This document shows positions 37,088 to 51,565 of a stretch of DNA of 64,000 nt, one piece after another. The notes beneath the pieces are model-generated. The model worked only from the letters and a program-made list of their open reading frames with translations, made no database searches and was not told the DNA's origin. The DNA is from Octopus bimaculoides (lineage: Eukaryota): NCBI RefSeq assembly GCF_001194135.2, contig NC_069003.1, forward strand, positions 5,637,585 through 5,701,584, written 5' to 3'. Within the stretch, counting starts at the first letter, position 1; every line of letters begins with the position of its first letter. The position numbers were made by a program, and so were the translations under genes.

Positions 37088-38573
37088 TATATATACACAG
37101 GTTTGGCCAAAAGTCACCTGACAGTAAATCAAAACCATTTAATTCCAAAATTTGTTTAACAACTGAATGAATTTAATAAAAGAATCTAAATATGAAACAT
37201 GAAAACAGGTCAAACTGAAGTCCTTGAGCGACACATTTTTCCATTTGAGTTGATACAGAATTACAGATAGTATTTATNNNNNNNNNNNNNNNNNNNNNNN
37301 NNNNNNNNNNNNNNNNNNNNNNNNNNNNNNNNNNNNNNNNNNNNNNNNNNNNNNNNNNNNNNNNNNNNNNNNNNNNNNNNNNNNNNNNNNNNNNNNNNNN
37401 NNNNNNNNNNNNNNNNNNNNNNNNNNNNNNNNNNNNNNNNNNNNNNNNNNNNNNNNNNNNNNNNNNNNNNNNNNNNNNNNNNNNNNNNNNNNNNNNNNNN
37501 NNNNNNNNNNNNNNNNNNNNNNNNNNNNNNNNNNNNNNNNNNNNNNNNNNNNNNNNNNNNNNNNNNNNNNNNNNNNNTATATATATATATATATATCATA
37601 CATATATATCTACATACATATATACATACATACATACAGCGGGTGTGTATTTGTTCCCAGAATAAGTACTAGGGGTATATTTGTTCAATTAAAACCCTTC
37701 AAGGTGGTGCCCCAATATGGTAGCAGTCCAATGACTGAAACAAGTAAAATGGGGGAAAATGGCTGCTACTGTAGTAAACCTACATAGAGAAATTCTTCTG
37801 TAGAAATAGCAATACAAAGTAACAATAGCACTACTGTTGGTAACACATAGCAGAATGGTTCAATAGTTATCACTGTTTAGCTGCAAGTTGGTTCTGACAA
37901 GGTAGATCTATACTGAAAGGCATTCTAGCCATGACCACCTCATCTCTTAATGGATAGTCTACCCAGGACTATATTATCCAATATATCTTGCATTCTTTTT
38001 TTAAAGGCATTTGAAGGAGATTTGGCTGCTATCACTGCTGAGTTGAGTGACTCTGTAGAACAGTGTTTCCCAATAGGGGATGCTACAATTCATTTCAGAT
38101 TTGGGGAAATTGTATAAGATACAAATACAAACTACTTTGACTATAACTACAGCAGATTTAAGGCAAAGTGTTGGCTGATTCAACTTGTCGTTAAGAGGGT
38201 GTTGGACTAACAAAAGGTCATAAAATACAAATGTAGATGGACTCTCGTTCATCACCGTCATAGGCTAATGAATCACAGTGTGTTATGAACATAGTTTTGT
38301 TTTAAAGGAGAAGTAAATTCTCTTATGATGAAACAATACCACTCCTGTTGGAATCTGCCAGAACATATTAAAAATAAATATGTAAGTCATCACTGTGTGT
38401 ACATATAAAAAAAAAAAAACTAGCACACACACATACTTTGACTACCACTAAGGAAGGTTTAAAGAGAGGGTGTTAGCCGATATTACTTGTCATCAGAGAG
38501 GTACTGGACTAACAAAACATGAAATACCAATGTAAGAGGAAACATCATTCATTAGCTTACTTAGCATGTAGAT

Positions 38574-38627
<54 letters not shown>

Positions 38628-40138
38628 TAAGATTATTACTAAGGAAGACTTTAAAAAAGGGGTGCTGGCTGATTATCAAAGAGGTGCTGGATTAACAAAA
38701 CCTTATGAAATCCTGGTGCAGAGGCATCTTTGTTGGTTTACTAAACATACATACACAAACCTAAAACAAAAGAGATCTGATCATAGAAGTGGCTGTTTAG
38801 CACCAGTTCAGTCCTGACAAGCAGACCTGTAACCATGGATGTACTAGCTGTGACCAGTGTCTACTTTCTCGGTATATCTAAAACTAAATCACTGAATGTT
38901 CTTTCTTTGAGAGAGAGCATTGTTGGAAATTTCAGTGCTAGATTCTCTCTTAGCTGTTTGTGAGCTTTAGTCAACCAAAGTAAATTCTTTACTACTTTTA
39001 TGCCTACATTTCTAATGAAATGCACTGCCTAAATATATTTCATTTCCTACAGAGTATGTGGGTATTTTGAAAATACCTCACAGAATGACAACTCTGCCCT
39101 GTATAGTTATGGGCAGCCCTTTGGTAGGGGCATATAACCCTTTCAGTCACCCTGCAAGGCATATAGTAGAAGTCATGGGATTGCAGCATGGTGGACAGTG
39201 AAGAGGCAGCGGAAGAACCCAAATGAGCCAGCAATGCTTTATACATTGATGCTGAGCAGAGGAATCCTAGAAGGTCAATGGTCAGGATTACCAAGCTTTG
39301 TCAAGAGATTAACTGCCAAGCAATCATAGGGGCAGTATCCATGGTTGTGTAATCAGCTACTGAAAATGTAAAGTTACCTTCTCGAATTATGCAAACTCAT
39401 ACGGGCCGGCTTCCATGGTATGTAAATTCCCCACCAGGACAGGACGCCAGTCTGTTGCAGGATTACTCATTTTTGCCAGCTGAGTGGACCGGAGCAATGT
39501 GAAATGAAGTGTTTTGCTCAAGAACACAATACGTCACCCAGTCCAGGAATTGAAACCACAATTTTACAATAATGAGTCGAACACCCTAACCACTAAGCCA
39601 CGTGCCTCTACAGCTAATGAAAGATTCATTAGGACTCAAGCACCCAAATTCAAATATGAATAACAGAATAGAGTGGTGACAAAGAGTCAGAGGAGTTTGT
39701 GCAAGCGGCGCAACCAGACGATGAGGATATAGTAAACATTACTGTTTTTGTTGGGAGGGCTGAAGAGGCAGACACACATTTAGTCTTTGGTAACCTATAG
39801 AGCTAATAGTTTGCACATGCAACCATTTTCATCCATCCTGGCTTCAATATCCACTTTTAAACCTGTCGTTTTTTTGGCATAGCCAGAAGAAAGGTGTCCA
39901 CAACCTTTTGCAGGATGGCCAAGATTGCAGATAGGGTGAAGTCATTCTCAGATTAACAGACAACTTTAATAGTAATGTTAATTTTAACTTGAATATATCG
40001 TACATACAAAATGCTGAGTTAATACTATAACTCACCTGAAATAGATAGTTACTAAAACTGCTGTGACATGTAAATAATGCAGGTAATCAATATATGTTGT
40101 AATAAAAGCAAATCAATTGAGTTAACAAAGTGAACTTA

Positions 40139-40252
<114 letters not shown>

Positions 40253-40525
40253 TCACAGCAATATTGAAAGAAATAACAAAATTTAAATACCAAGGCATGA
40301 AACATTCGTAATAATTATAACAAAAATAAATACTGCAGCTTGGATTTTAAAGTGTGGGTGTGTGTAATGATTTAATAGAGACAGCTGTGTACAATGTTTT
40401 ACCAAAGAAAAATAAAAAATAAAACTATAATTGTCACTAAACATGACTAAAGTGTTAGAACACCTACATAGCTAGAAATAAGAGCTAAAAAGCTCTAATG
40501 TAGTTAAAGCACATAATTGTATATA

Positions 40526-40562
<37 letters not shown>

Positions 40563-40565
40563 AAA

Positions 40566-40599
<34 letters not shown>

Positions 40600-41267
40600 T
40601 GAATGAATGAATGGGGATAATAGATCCCGGTGGGTATTGTTCAAGCACTCTAGTAAAATCCAAGTTTTCGCTAACCACATTGAATGATGTAGAATAACTT
40701 AGGATTATTTAAGGCAAACAATCACACGGTATATAATAGTGACATCCAAGCTGGCAGAATCGTTAGCACGCCGGGCAAAATGCTTAGTGGTATTTCGTCT
40801 GTCTATGTTCAGAGTTCAAATTCCGCCAATGTCGACCTTACCTTTCATCCTTTCAGGGTTGATAAATTAGGGACAAATTGTGTACTGGGGTCGATGCTTG
40901 GGACTTACTTCATCAATCTGGTTAGATACAAATGAAAAAAGTTGTTCCTGGTGTAAAAGGGATGGAACTCACCATCATATGAATGGTGTTTGATCATTCC
41001 TCACCAATATACAGTAATTGTTTCCATCTATGAAATGTCACATATCATTCAAATTTGCTTCACCAGTGTTTGTGGTTAAAAGGTGCCTACCGAAAGTGTT
41101 GCCCAGTGGAAACATGGTAGCAAACAGCTTTGTCTAACTCATTTCCTATATATATATATATATATATATACATACACATACATATATATATACACATACA
41201 TATATATATACACACATACACATACATATATATATATACACATATATACACATACACATATATATAT

Positions 41268-41324
<57 letters not shown>

Positions 41325-42089
41325 GGAGTGCTTGAACAAAACTTTACATGGAACATAAACAAGTTCTAGTAAAATTGTAAATAGAGGATTCTTATTATAA
41401 AGATTTTAAAATAGATAAATCTTTATACTATAAAACCAGTGGTGCACAAGAGGCTGGTTGATACCAAATACATTAAATGAAAATTATCTCAGAAATAAAT
41501 ATCTTAACCCGTTTGATATTAACCCACCCATGACTAACCCTGGGTTTATGTAACAAACTGCTTTAAAAGGTCTAAATTAAAAACCTTCAAAGGGTCAAAT
41601 CCAACTTCCTTCTACACCAGTGAAAAAAAAAACCTCCATTTACAAAAATACCACTACGCATTTTGTCCCATGCATTAACAATTCTATCTTGTCGAGGTCG
41701 AAGCCTTCTCATTTCACCAGGGTTTTAAAAAAATGAAAATTACAGTATACAACAACGAAGTTATTTTCTTGGATAAATCGCAATATTTGCTTAATAATTA
41801 CATATACACACACTTGTTACAACATAAATCCATGCACCACTGCAGATAAATGGAGTAATATGCTTGACCTTACAGTGATCAGTCTCATTGATTAATGGAG
41901 GGTTGAGTAGTTTATTTCAACCTTGGTATTTGACTGATACTCATTTTATTGACCCTCGAAGGATGAACACTGAAAGACCTTAGATTTTTTAATTAAGATT
42001 AAGTAGCTGGCCATCAAAAAATAAGTTGCTTTTTTTTAATTGAAAAAACATCAACTAAATTATGACTGGGAAATAACAGTTTACTCAAA

Positions 42090-42500
42090 ATAACTGCTCT
42101 CAGCTTCCACCATGGCCTCCAGACAGCTCCAGAACCTGGCACACATGCATTTCCCACTGTGTCCATGGGAAAACCTTCAAACACTTGATATTGGCCAGCA
42201 GCTTGGTCTTGGTGTTGCAGGCAGAGCAGTAATCCAAGGGATTACAATCAGGGGAATTAGGAGGCCTGAATACAATTAGGGGAATTGGGGCTGGTGAAAT
42301 TGTAGAAATTCTCCAACAACCCCTTTTGACACTTTCCAGAGTTATAAGCAAGGAGCTGAATCCTACTGCCACACATGGGGTTCCAGCAGCAATCCTCTCC
42401 AGCAGCTTCACAAAGCCATCTCAATTGAGCCTAAGGCTCAGTTTGAAGATACGAGACATCACATGGATTGTAGACAAGCCACCTGTTGTTGTGCAACTGG
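42090..42500 (-). mobile_element. Tc1/mariner transposase C-terminal fragment
   Basis: RPPNSPDCNPLDY motif (WPPNSPDLNPLDY type) in ORF 42100..42411. Confidence 0.7.
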
Positions 42501-43267
42501 ATCTGGCAGCAATTCTTTTCATTTGAGATGAACCAGATCATCCCTGACTCAACATTACTTAACAAAGGCAAAGAAGATCCTGAACAAGTCATTTTCCTGG
42601 GCCTATTTATCCTTATGTGGTAGTGTTGAGCCATGCAAGGGATAAAGTCTACCAACCTGAGACACAAAATGCAGAACACTATAATAAATACTGCTCAACA
42701 TTTTGCCAGACACAAAGCAATACTGCAAATCCATTGCCCTGATCTGGTACCTTTTTTCCTTATCAAAAGAATTCCCCGAGTAGGATTTGAACTCTGAACA
42801 CAGAAACCCAAAACAAATACTGCAAGGCATTTTGTTCTATGATCTAATCATCCTGCCAAAGCCACAGTCTGTATTTATTGTGAGCATAAAATTTCATGCT
42901 GGGAACAGCATGAGAAGCCAACTTAGAAGTTTAAATGATTAATCTTCAATGAAATTCAATGCTACTATGAGCCCTAGTGACTATGCCACTACCAACTACA
43001 AGTCATCCCCTTGCCTGAGGGGCCTCAGATTTTTGAAATAAAAAATTTTTGTGTAGTACTGTCATCAGTTCAACACTAAATGTAGCAAATATAACAAAGC
43101 TTTAAATTGGGACAAAGATGAAGTCGATCGGACATATTCCAGAAGTTAACACTATTTTTGTAGACCCTGTCACACCAAAATTAGACAGACACCCCAATAA
43201 TGCAGAAATTATTTGAGGAACTTGAGGGTTTAGAAATCTAAAATTATGCATGACAGCAGAGAAGTGT

Positions 43268-43304
<37 letters not shown>

Positions 43305-43322
43305 CATATACANNNNNNNNNN

Positions 43323-43357
<35 letters not shown>

Positions 43358-46300
43358 CATATACAAATACACACACACACCAGGGTTGGAAAGAATCTGA
43401 GATGGCAAAACTGATTTCATGTGGTATGATGAAATTCTTACAGTATGGTATTCATTACAAATTTATCTCCTGTTAAATGTGATTGTTTCTGTTCAACATT
43501 TAATCGTATTTCAGATCTATCTTAAAATTATCTTTAACAAATTCAGTATTATCTATGACCAACTACTGCTTGAACATGATAGCATAGCTAAAACCATCAC
43601 ATTTTCAACATATGCAAGCCAGATCCTCCCGTGGGACTTTTTGTGATCAAACACTCACACAATTTGGGTTTATATTCCAAAAGAAATAAATTGTTTCAGC
43701 CTTGCATGGTCCTCTAAAAAGCACAAACATGCCCCATATTTGATTATTGCTTCATCTGGTTTATCATATACCATGTTGGATTACACTCCTCACTAACAAG
43801 CACTCCTACATGGCCTACAAGAAATAGCAGCCAAATCACACAACACTTTTAAAAAGCAGGACACATTTGATAATCTCTTGCATACGGCACGGCTGAGAAA
43901 AGAAAGGAATGCCTTTTGATTATTGGCCTTCTCATTCAGGGACAACTTGGCAGCTAAAAACAAGTTACCAATTGTCAAGTTATGTCCTTTTATCCTTCTC
44001 CTGTTACAATTATTCTCTGCTCTTGTGAACATCCTGCCTACAAAGGATTGACTGAAATCCAATTTCATATATATGCAATTCTATCCGCATTAGCATTAGA
44101 AATCAAAAAAGTTAAATGATTACCAAACTCACTAGTTTTATTTCTAATTAATCGGTTAATTTCTTGATGTATTTACTTGCCCCCACCATCAATATTTAGT
44201 TTGCTTTGATGTTGATTTGTCAGCCGGTTCTCAAGAGCATACCTGCAATAAAAGGCATTCCAGCTGTAGTTAATACCCCCTACCAGTCTACATTATGCAA
44301 TATATCCTCCCTTTAGCCCTTCAGCATTCGGATTTCTTTGTCAAATGTATTGCCTATTTATTCATATTGTTTTGAATTAATCATGCATTATCTTGTAGTT
44401 TCAAAATTTCAATGGTGTGCTTGTATATTTTTAGAATGACATTGTAGAGTAAGTGTGAGATGTTGGATCTGGCCAGTGTTAACATAAAACAGGTGGAATA
44501 TTTGGACCAGATATGGCCAGATTAAATGCTAATGGGTTAAGAGAGTAGGACAAACCTTTTCAAATACTGTACTGTGGAACATTTGTGAGTTGTATGAGAC
44601 CTACAGGTGTGTCATTTATTGAGGTAGGCCAGAAAAATACTAGAATATTTAGGAAAACTATTTTTAGTGCGCCATACTGCTGTATGTACATTCCTTTGCA
44701 ACATAATACAATGTATACATCCGTGTGGTTTTTTTAAATCAATTTTAACACTTGTTACTTATAAGATTTCAAAAGAACATTACTTGTAGAAGCACTTTGA
44801 ATAACTTGACTGTACCAGAGAAAAAAAAAGGTTGAAAATTGCTGAAGTTGGTTGTGATTTGAGGGAGGCTAGCTACTATTTCTAACAGGTCAAGTAACCA
44901 CAAGTCACATGGTGGAGTGGTGTTGTATTATAAATCAGTTTGGGACAATGGAGTGCATACAGCAATTCTATGGACAATTCAACAAGGTTCATTCACCGTT
45001 CATTAAAACCTGTTTTACATTTAGCCATGGATCTTCTGAAATATCTTCACATTTCTCTTCCTGCTATCTATTTTATGGTTCAATTACAGGGGAAAGAGCA
45101 ATGTTGATGACATTTTTTTTTCCTACGTTTCTGAGATTGGCTGGGAAGAAAGAAGAAGCTGCTGCAGTTAGCAGCAGATATCACGACATAGGGGTCATCT
45201 GTGGATTAGAGACAGTCTGAAGAATTACAGGGTGTTGTATGCTGCAAATTATTTTTGGTTGAAATTTCCTCTCTTGGAGAAAAACAAGAAACTTAGCAGC
45301 AATCATCAGCAACTTCCAATGAAAAGAGATAATATAAAGAAATGAATTTCTGTTAATTGACATATTTAGTGGGAATAAAGTCTGAAATTTTGTTTGTATA
45401 GAGACCACAAAAAAAATATGTTTGAGTCTATTAGACCTCATCAGCATAATACAAAAATCTACCAGTCGTTCGACAGATTTTTACAAATAGAAAAGGCAAC
45501 AAATTATTTTGTACCTACAATTTGCAATATTAAAGATATGAGATGAGGAAAATCAAATGGTGTGAACAAAGCTTGCAACAATTTGGACTCTGCTAAAGAT
45601 ATCCCCTCCCCTACTGCACAGTGATGGTACTGTAGGAAGCAGTAGTTTGACCATGGTGGTAAGATTAAAACAGTAGTAGGTTTGGCTATACTATGGTTAT
45701 AGTTTTAAACACAAGATGTTGCTGTCATAGTCCTCCTAAAACACTAAACACTCAGACACCCACTCACATTTTGTTGAATGTTAACTGATATTTTATATAT
45801 TTATCTTGTCTACTTCATTTAAAAAAAAAAAAAATGATTGCTTTTTCTCTGCCACAATCTTAAGACAATAACTCCATAGTTCACGAAAAGGTGTTCCTTC
45901 ATATGTTTATCTCCATCACTAGTGGTGGCTGTGTTTATGATTCTATACACTAAGTTCATTGTCATGTTTTGTAGACGAAGGCTTGATGGAAATTAAACAT
46001 TTTTTAGATCAACACAAATGCCTACTTTATTGTTTCCAGGAAATACAATTTGCTAATATACATACTTACATACATATGTGTGTGCCTCTCCAATCCATAC
46101 CAGGATGGAAATATATATATATATATTGATTAGTTATAGGCTCTATTAGAATCTAGGCACACCAACACATAGGATGCCAGAAGTGGCTAGGTCCAATAAC
46201 ATAGGGTTCACAGTGAAGTAAGACAACCATGCAGTTATGTGTTGGTAAAATACAGTAGATATGCAAGTACCAAATCCAATTTAAACCACAGATTTGACTC

Positions 46301-48073
46301 GGGGCTGGTTCTAGGTATGGTATGTTCTCTCTCTCTTTCTCATATATATATATTGGTACAGGTGTGCCAGTATGGTTAAGAAGTTGGCTTCCTAACCTCA
46401 TGACTTGTAAAACAGCCCTGGGCCAACCAATTTCAATTTAGTGGACAGAAACTGAAAGAAGCCCTGAACAAAGTCTCTCACAATTAATTACTCAATAACA
46501 GGTGTTGATTTATCTCCCTGTAACTGAGCAGTTTGGCAAAAGGGACCGATAGATTAAGTACCAGACTTCAAAAATAAATACTGGAGCTGATTCGTTCAAC
46601 TGAACCCTTTGAAATAGTACCCCAGCATGGTTGCAGCCCAATGACTGAAACAAATTTGTTTTTCTTTTGATTTTTTTGGCATCAAAAAAGGTTTTCGCAC
46701 AGAATGACCTAAATATTAAATATTTGACATTAATTAGAAGCCGACTGAAATATGAATGAACATAAATAGAAATTATTGCAGTCAACAGGATATAAATATG
46801 TAATGAATGCCATACTGCAAGAAGTAAGTTCTTTATGAATTGACATCATGAACTACTTCACTTCCTAGAGATAAAAAGAGCTATATAGTTGTTAGACTGG
46901 TTAGAAGTAGAAGCTAAACCTCCTTCAAGCACAATCCTACTGCCTGGGAGAAAGAAAGGATAATGTAGTCCTAGATATAACAAAGCTGGGATGGTCATGT
47001 GTGGAATGTATTTGATCATAGATCTGATCAAGCAGAGCTGACCAGGAAGTTAAACACGGTTTTGTGCCTAATCTAAAGCAACAACATTATAGAAAATCTT
47101 GAAAATTTAAAAATACATCAAAATGTGTGGTTAAGAAGTTAGCTTTGGAACCATATGGTTCCAGGTTCAGTTCCACAGAGTGGCACCTTTGGAAAATGTC
47201 ATGGTATATAGCACTGGGTTGACTAATGCCTTGTGAGTAGATATGGTCAATGGAAACTGAGGGAAAGCTCTGAAAGACCCTCAACCACTACTTGACAACT
47301 GGTATTGGTTTGTGTCACCATAGCTTAGCAGTTTGGCAAAAAGAACCCAAAAACTAGACCCTTCAAGGAGGTGCACCAACATCATTGCAGTTCAATAACT
47401 GAAACAAGTAAAAGATGCAATCAAGATTTCCAATTTCCGAGCTGTAACTTAATTACCATAGCTTCCATCAATATGATGGGTTCAGCAATTCTACCCTACA
47501 AACTATCCATAATTCATACAACATTACTTGCCCCATAGAGATAATTTCACTGGACACCAATGTTCTCAAGTGTGTCCTCCTCATCATGTCACCCCCAAAT
47601 ATCCTTTGTTGTTTGTACAACTAGAAATACCTTCCACGATATGTTTCCAGGCAATAATCAACATCCATTGAGCATATCCAAACCAACAAGAGAGTTAATG
47701 AAATATCACAGAGTTGCAGATTTAAAAAAAAGAAAAAAGTTCCTTTTATTATTTACATCTATGCCACATTTCGATCTCTGACCATCAACTGGTGTTTTAT
47801 TCCAGGATATGTACAAGAGGCAACCATATACCAGTATGGAATGAAAACTCACAATTGATAGAGAACTGTGGTGCATCATCATCATTTAGCATCCATTCTC
47901 TATGCTGGCATGGGTTAGACGGTTTGACTGGAAGCGGTAAGCCAGAGAGCTGTATCAGTCTCCAGTCACATTTGGCTTGGTTTCTACAGCTGGGCACCCT
48001 TCTTAACGTCAACCACTCCAACAGTGTAGCGAGTGCCTTTTACACGTCACAGGCATCTAAGAAAAATCTAAGG

Positions 48074-48305
48074 CAGTGTTTCTCAACCATTTTTTAGCTA
48101 CAGACCCCACTGATTCCTACTTTACTTCGATGAACCCTCTTAGTCATTTGATGTTTAAAAAATCCTATTACATTTTTATAATTAAATATTATTAGGAACC
48201 GTTTTAAAAAATTAAAATATTTTGTTTATTGTAGAAGTATAACCAATTCATTGCAACGGAAATTTACCAACAAAATCTTATATGAACCCCAATTGAGAAC
48301 CACTG
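48074..48305. mobile_element. hAT (Charlie-like) MITE, 232 bp
   Basis: TIRs cagtgtttctcaa / ttgagaaccactg. 8-bp TSD atctaagg / atctaaga. Partial copies near 52355-52570 and 53860-54082. Confidence 0.85.
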
Positions 48306-48399
48306 ATCTAAGATATAAAGCAGCAGGTACAGTAGTAATTTGTTAATTATATTATTTAGTATGCTAATACTGGGAAGACTATGTCAGTCTTTGCAACAG

Positions 48400-49350
48400 T
48401 AATTCTTATTCCGTCTCGCAGAGATCGACAGTGAACCCATTCAGTGCATGTTTGGGATTACCCTCTGATGAGCCAAGTAGCACCATGTTGTCTGCAAATA
48501 TCGGCTGACCGACTCTACATCCGATTGTGATACCTCTTCCACAATGGCTGTGCATGTCAATCCAGTACATAAAATTATGAAAAGGAGAGAGGTGACAATA
48601 TGCAGCCCTGTCAAAGTTCAACACCCACATTGAAAGCACCATTTACCCACACGCAAACATCTGGGCATTCATTTAGGGACTTCATGGCAACTAAAAGCTG
48701 TCCATAAATTTCAAACTCCTGTAAAGTCCTCTACAGCATATCTAGTGACCCATAGTCATATAATTTTCAAATACTACAAAGCAAAGGCACATCTTGGTAA
48801 TATTTCCACAATACTACAGGGTGAATATCTGTTCAGTTGTGCTGCATCCAGGACAAAAGTGACACTATACTTCAGCTAACATGGGCTTGACAATCTCTCT
48901 ACATCTTTCTACCAGACATCCAGCATAAACTTTACTGGGGAGGCTCAACAAGGAAAGTATTTTGTAATTACAGCACTCTTGTGTCTCTTTTTAAGAATTG
49001 AGATTATCACTCCAGATTGCCACTGCTCTGCTAGTTTCCCAAAAATCCAAGCCACCTGGCATAGAGAAGCCAGCCAGAAAATACTCCCTCTGTTTAAGGC
49101 TTTTAAAATCTTCGGTCCAATTTCATCCTTCCCAGCATTCTTGTCACATCTGAGTGCTTCAACCAGTATGACATACATGATTAGAATGTCACAAGAGAAA
49201 GAATTAAGAAAACAGGTTCATTAAGCCAAACCAACTGGCAGGAGACCTAGGGGCAGATGAAGAGTGAGATGGTTGGGTAATATCCACAGTCTCAACTGCT
49301 CGTGCTTGGGAATTCAACAAGTGTGATGAAGGCTGCTTTTTATAGGACCT
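48400..49350. mobile_element. RTE (Expander-like) LINE relic: RT segment on minus, 3' end on plus
   Basis: Minus: KNAGKDEIGPKILKALN...WQSGVIISILKK and IFADNMVLLGSS. Plus from about 49180: MIRMSQEKELRKQVH*AKPTGRRPRGR*RVRW. Confidence 0.7.
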
Positions 49351-50072
49351 GAGAATTCAGCTCCCATGATACTCCAAGGAATAGATGGATTATGTAGCAA
49401 GATGTCTTTCATGACGAGGAACATCAATCAGCACTACCATTAATGGCAGGGCAGAGGCATGTTTATGCAGTTAAGGTATTCACTTTGCAACCACATGGTG
49501 CCACATGCAATCCCAGTGTGGCACTTGGAACAAATGTCTTCTACCACAGTACTGGGCTAAATATTTTATGGATAGAATTTGGTAGCTAGAAACTGTGCAG
49601 AAGCTTGGTACATGTACTCATGTATGTGTATCTCTTTGCTGAATTATATTGGCAAGAAAACAAGAAAAAATAAATAAAAGGGTGCTTTACGAAAACCCCA
49701 TCCATCAGGTTAGACACTCCCCCCATTATAACTCTTGCTGTCAGAAAAACAGTGAACAAGTGACTGACCCGACAGAAACTTGTAACCAACAACTGGTGTT
49801 TACAAATTGGGGTTATAAAATAAACACAAGATAAATCAGATTGGCTGAGAGATATAGAAGTACTGACTTCACTGCTGTCAAGTAGGGACATTGAGCTTTC
49901 TTAGAGCTGTACATACTGCAGCCATGTCTTGTAACTGGTTGTGTGGTGTACAAGTCTGGGCATATTTGTTTGTTTTTCTGATTTTATTATCAGCAAGTGA
50001 AGAAGCAAAGCATTGGACCATAACCTTTCCTGACTTACATTTTTAATATAATTAAGAACAAGTGTCCATGCT

Positions 50073-50260
50073 GGTGCCATGTAGAAAAGCACCCATGACG
50101 GCACCATGTGGAAATGCGCCCGTGACGGCGCCATGTGGAAAAGCGCCCGCCCTAGCATCATGTGGGAAAGTGCCCGTCCTGGCACCATGTGGAAAGCGCC
50201 TGCCCTGATGCAATGTGGAAAAGCACCCGTCCTGACGCCATGGAGAAAAGCACACAGCCA
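50073..50260 (+). repeat. Minisatellite, about 7 x 27 bp, inside an RTE-tailed element
   Basis: Consensus about ggcaccatgtggaaaagcgcccgtcct. Produces the 9-aa repeats in ORFs 49901..50392 and 50052..50270. Confidence 0.9.
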
Positions 50261-51017
50261 TAGAAACCAAGCCAAAACAGACTGAAGCCTGGTGCTGCTA
50301 CCATAGGCAGAAACTGAAAGAAACCCATAACGTGCGCGCGCGCGTGTATATATATATGCTTTCATGTCTATATCTCCCCTCCCATTTGACAACTGGTGTT
50401 GGTGTGTTTACATCCTTGTAAATTAGTGTTCAGCAAAAGAAACCCAATAGAATAAGTACTGCCCCAGCATAGCTGCAGTCTAATGATTAAACAAGTAGAA
50501 GATAAATATATATCGCATTATTTAAAGTTCATGTTCCATCCTGTATCCGGATAACTACTAGGCTTGTGGCACCAGACCAATACAAGTCTGGAGAATGAAA
50601 ATGTTGGACTGGTTCTGTGCAAACCATGCTGCTATAATATTCACCACACAGATTGTTCAGCCAACAAAGACACCAACACTATCACACTTTCTTCACAATT
50701 GCAGTGGAAACAGAGAAAGAGGCAATGTGGACATGTAGAAGATGATACTCGAAGACTTCAGCTTCGACCCTGCACACAGGTGGCCTTAGGGTGATGATAG
50801 TTTTCCATAGATTTAGGGCAAATGGGCAGATGTGGATTTTTATACTATCCGAAGGATAAGACAAAACATTCCACTAGGAACACTGCAGCTGTATCTTGCT
50901 AAACCTTCATTCGCAGTGACCACAAAGTCCAACAAAAATCATCACCATCATTTAACATCTATTTTCCATACTGGCATGGTTTTTACAGTTGGATGCCCTT
51001 GCTAATGCCAACCACAG

Positions 51018-51077
<60 letters not shown>

Positions 51078-51079
<2 letters not shown>

Positions 51080-51565
51080 CCAATGGATCCTCTACATCAG
51101 ACTTCGGTTGGAAAATGCTCTGCTTTCCAGCCTGCGTCTTCACATTCCTCATGGAGATTTACATAACGGTCAATCTTTCGAGCCTGAGCAGCGTCCATGT
51201 TATCTTCATGAGGAGTCATTAACTTGACTAGATTCACCACTTTCTTTCACATCACATAATATCTGGTAATTTTGTAACTGGGATGAGAAAGAATCCTTAA
51301 GGGCACCCTGTTAAATTTGCAGCCACCTCCCAATAGCCATTGCACTTTTCAACACTCACAGGAAATTTCTTTTTGAAACGGATCTGCTATCCTGAGAGCA
51401 CAAAGGTAATGAAATCACTGGTTGGTTCTTTCAATAATTTTTTCCACTGTTGACGAGAGCAATGTGGTTCTTTATAGCATTGAAAATAACCTTAAGGACC
51501 AGGTTGTGTCTCCATGTATATCCATTCAATGCTAGTGAACAGCTGGAAAGAATATGGATATATGG
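51078..51565 (-). mobile_element. R2-group (HERO/NeSL-like) LINE fragment: zinc-knuckle end plus RLE endonuclease
   Basis: My translation: HILSSCSLALNGYTWRHNLVLKVI ... PDI ... VKLMTPHEDNMDAAQARKIDRY...EECEDAGWKAEHFPTEV*CRG. Confidence 0.78.

Noticed and set aside
43430-44070. ORF 43793-44068 and neighbouring sequence as a gene or CR1 fragment
   Set aside because: Only a weak RGHN-like hint. Not enough motif support to call it.
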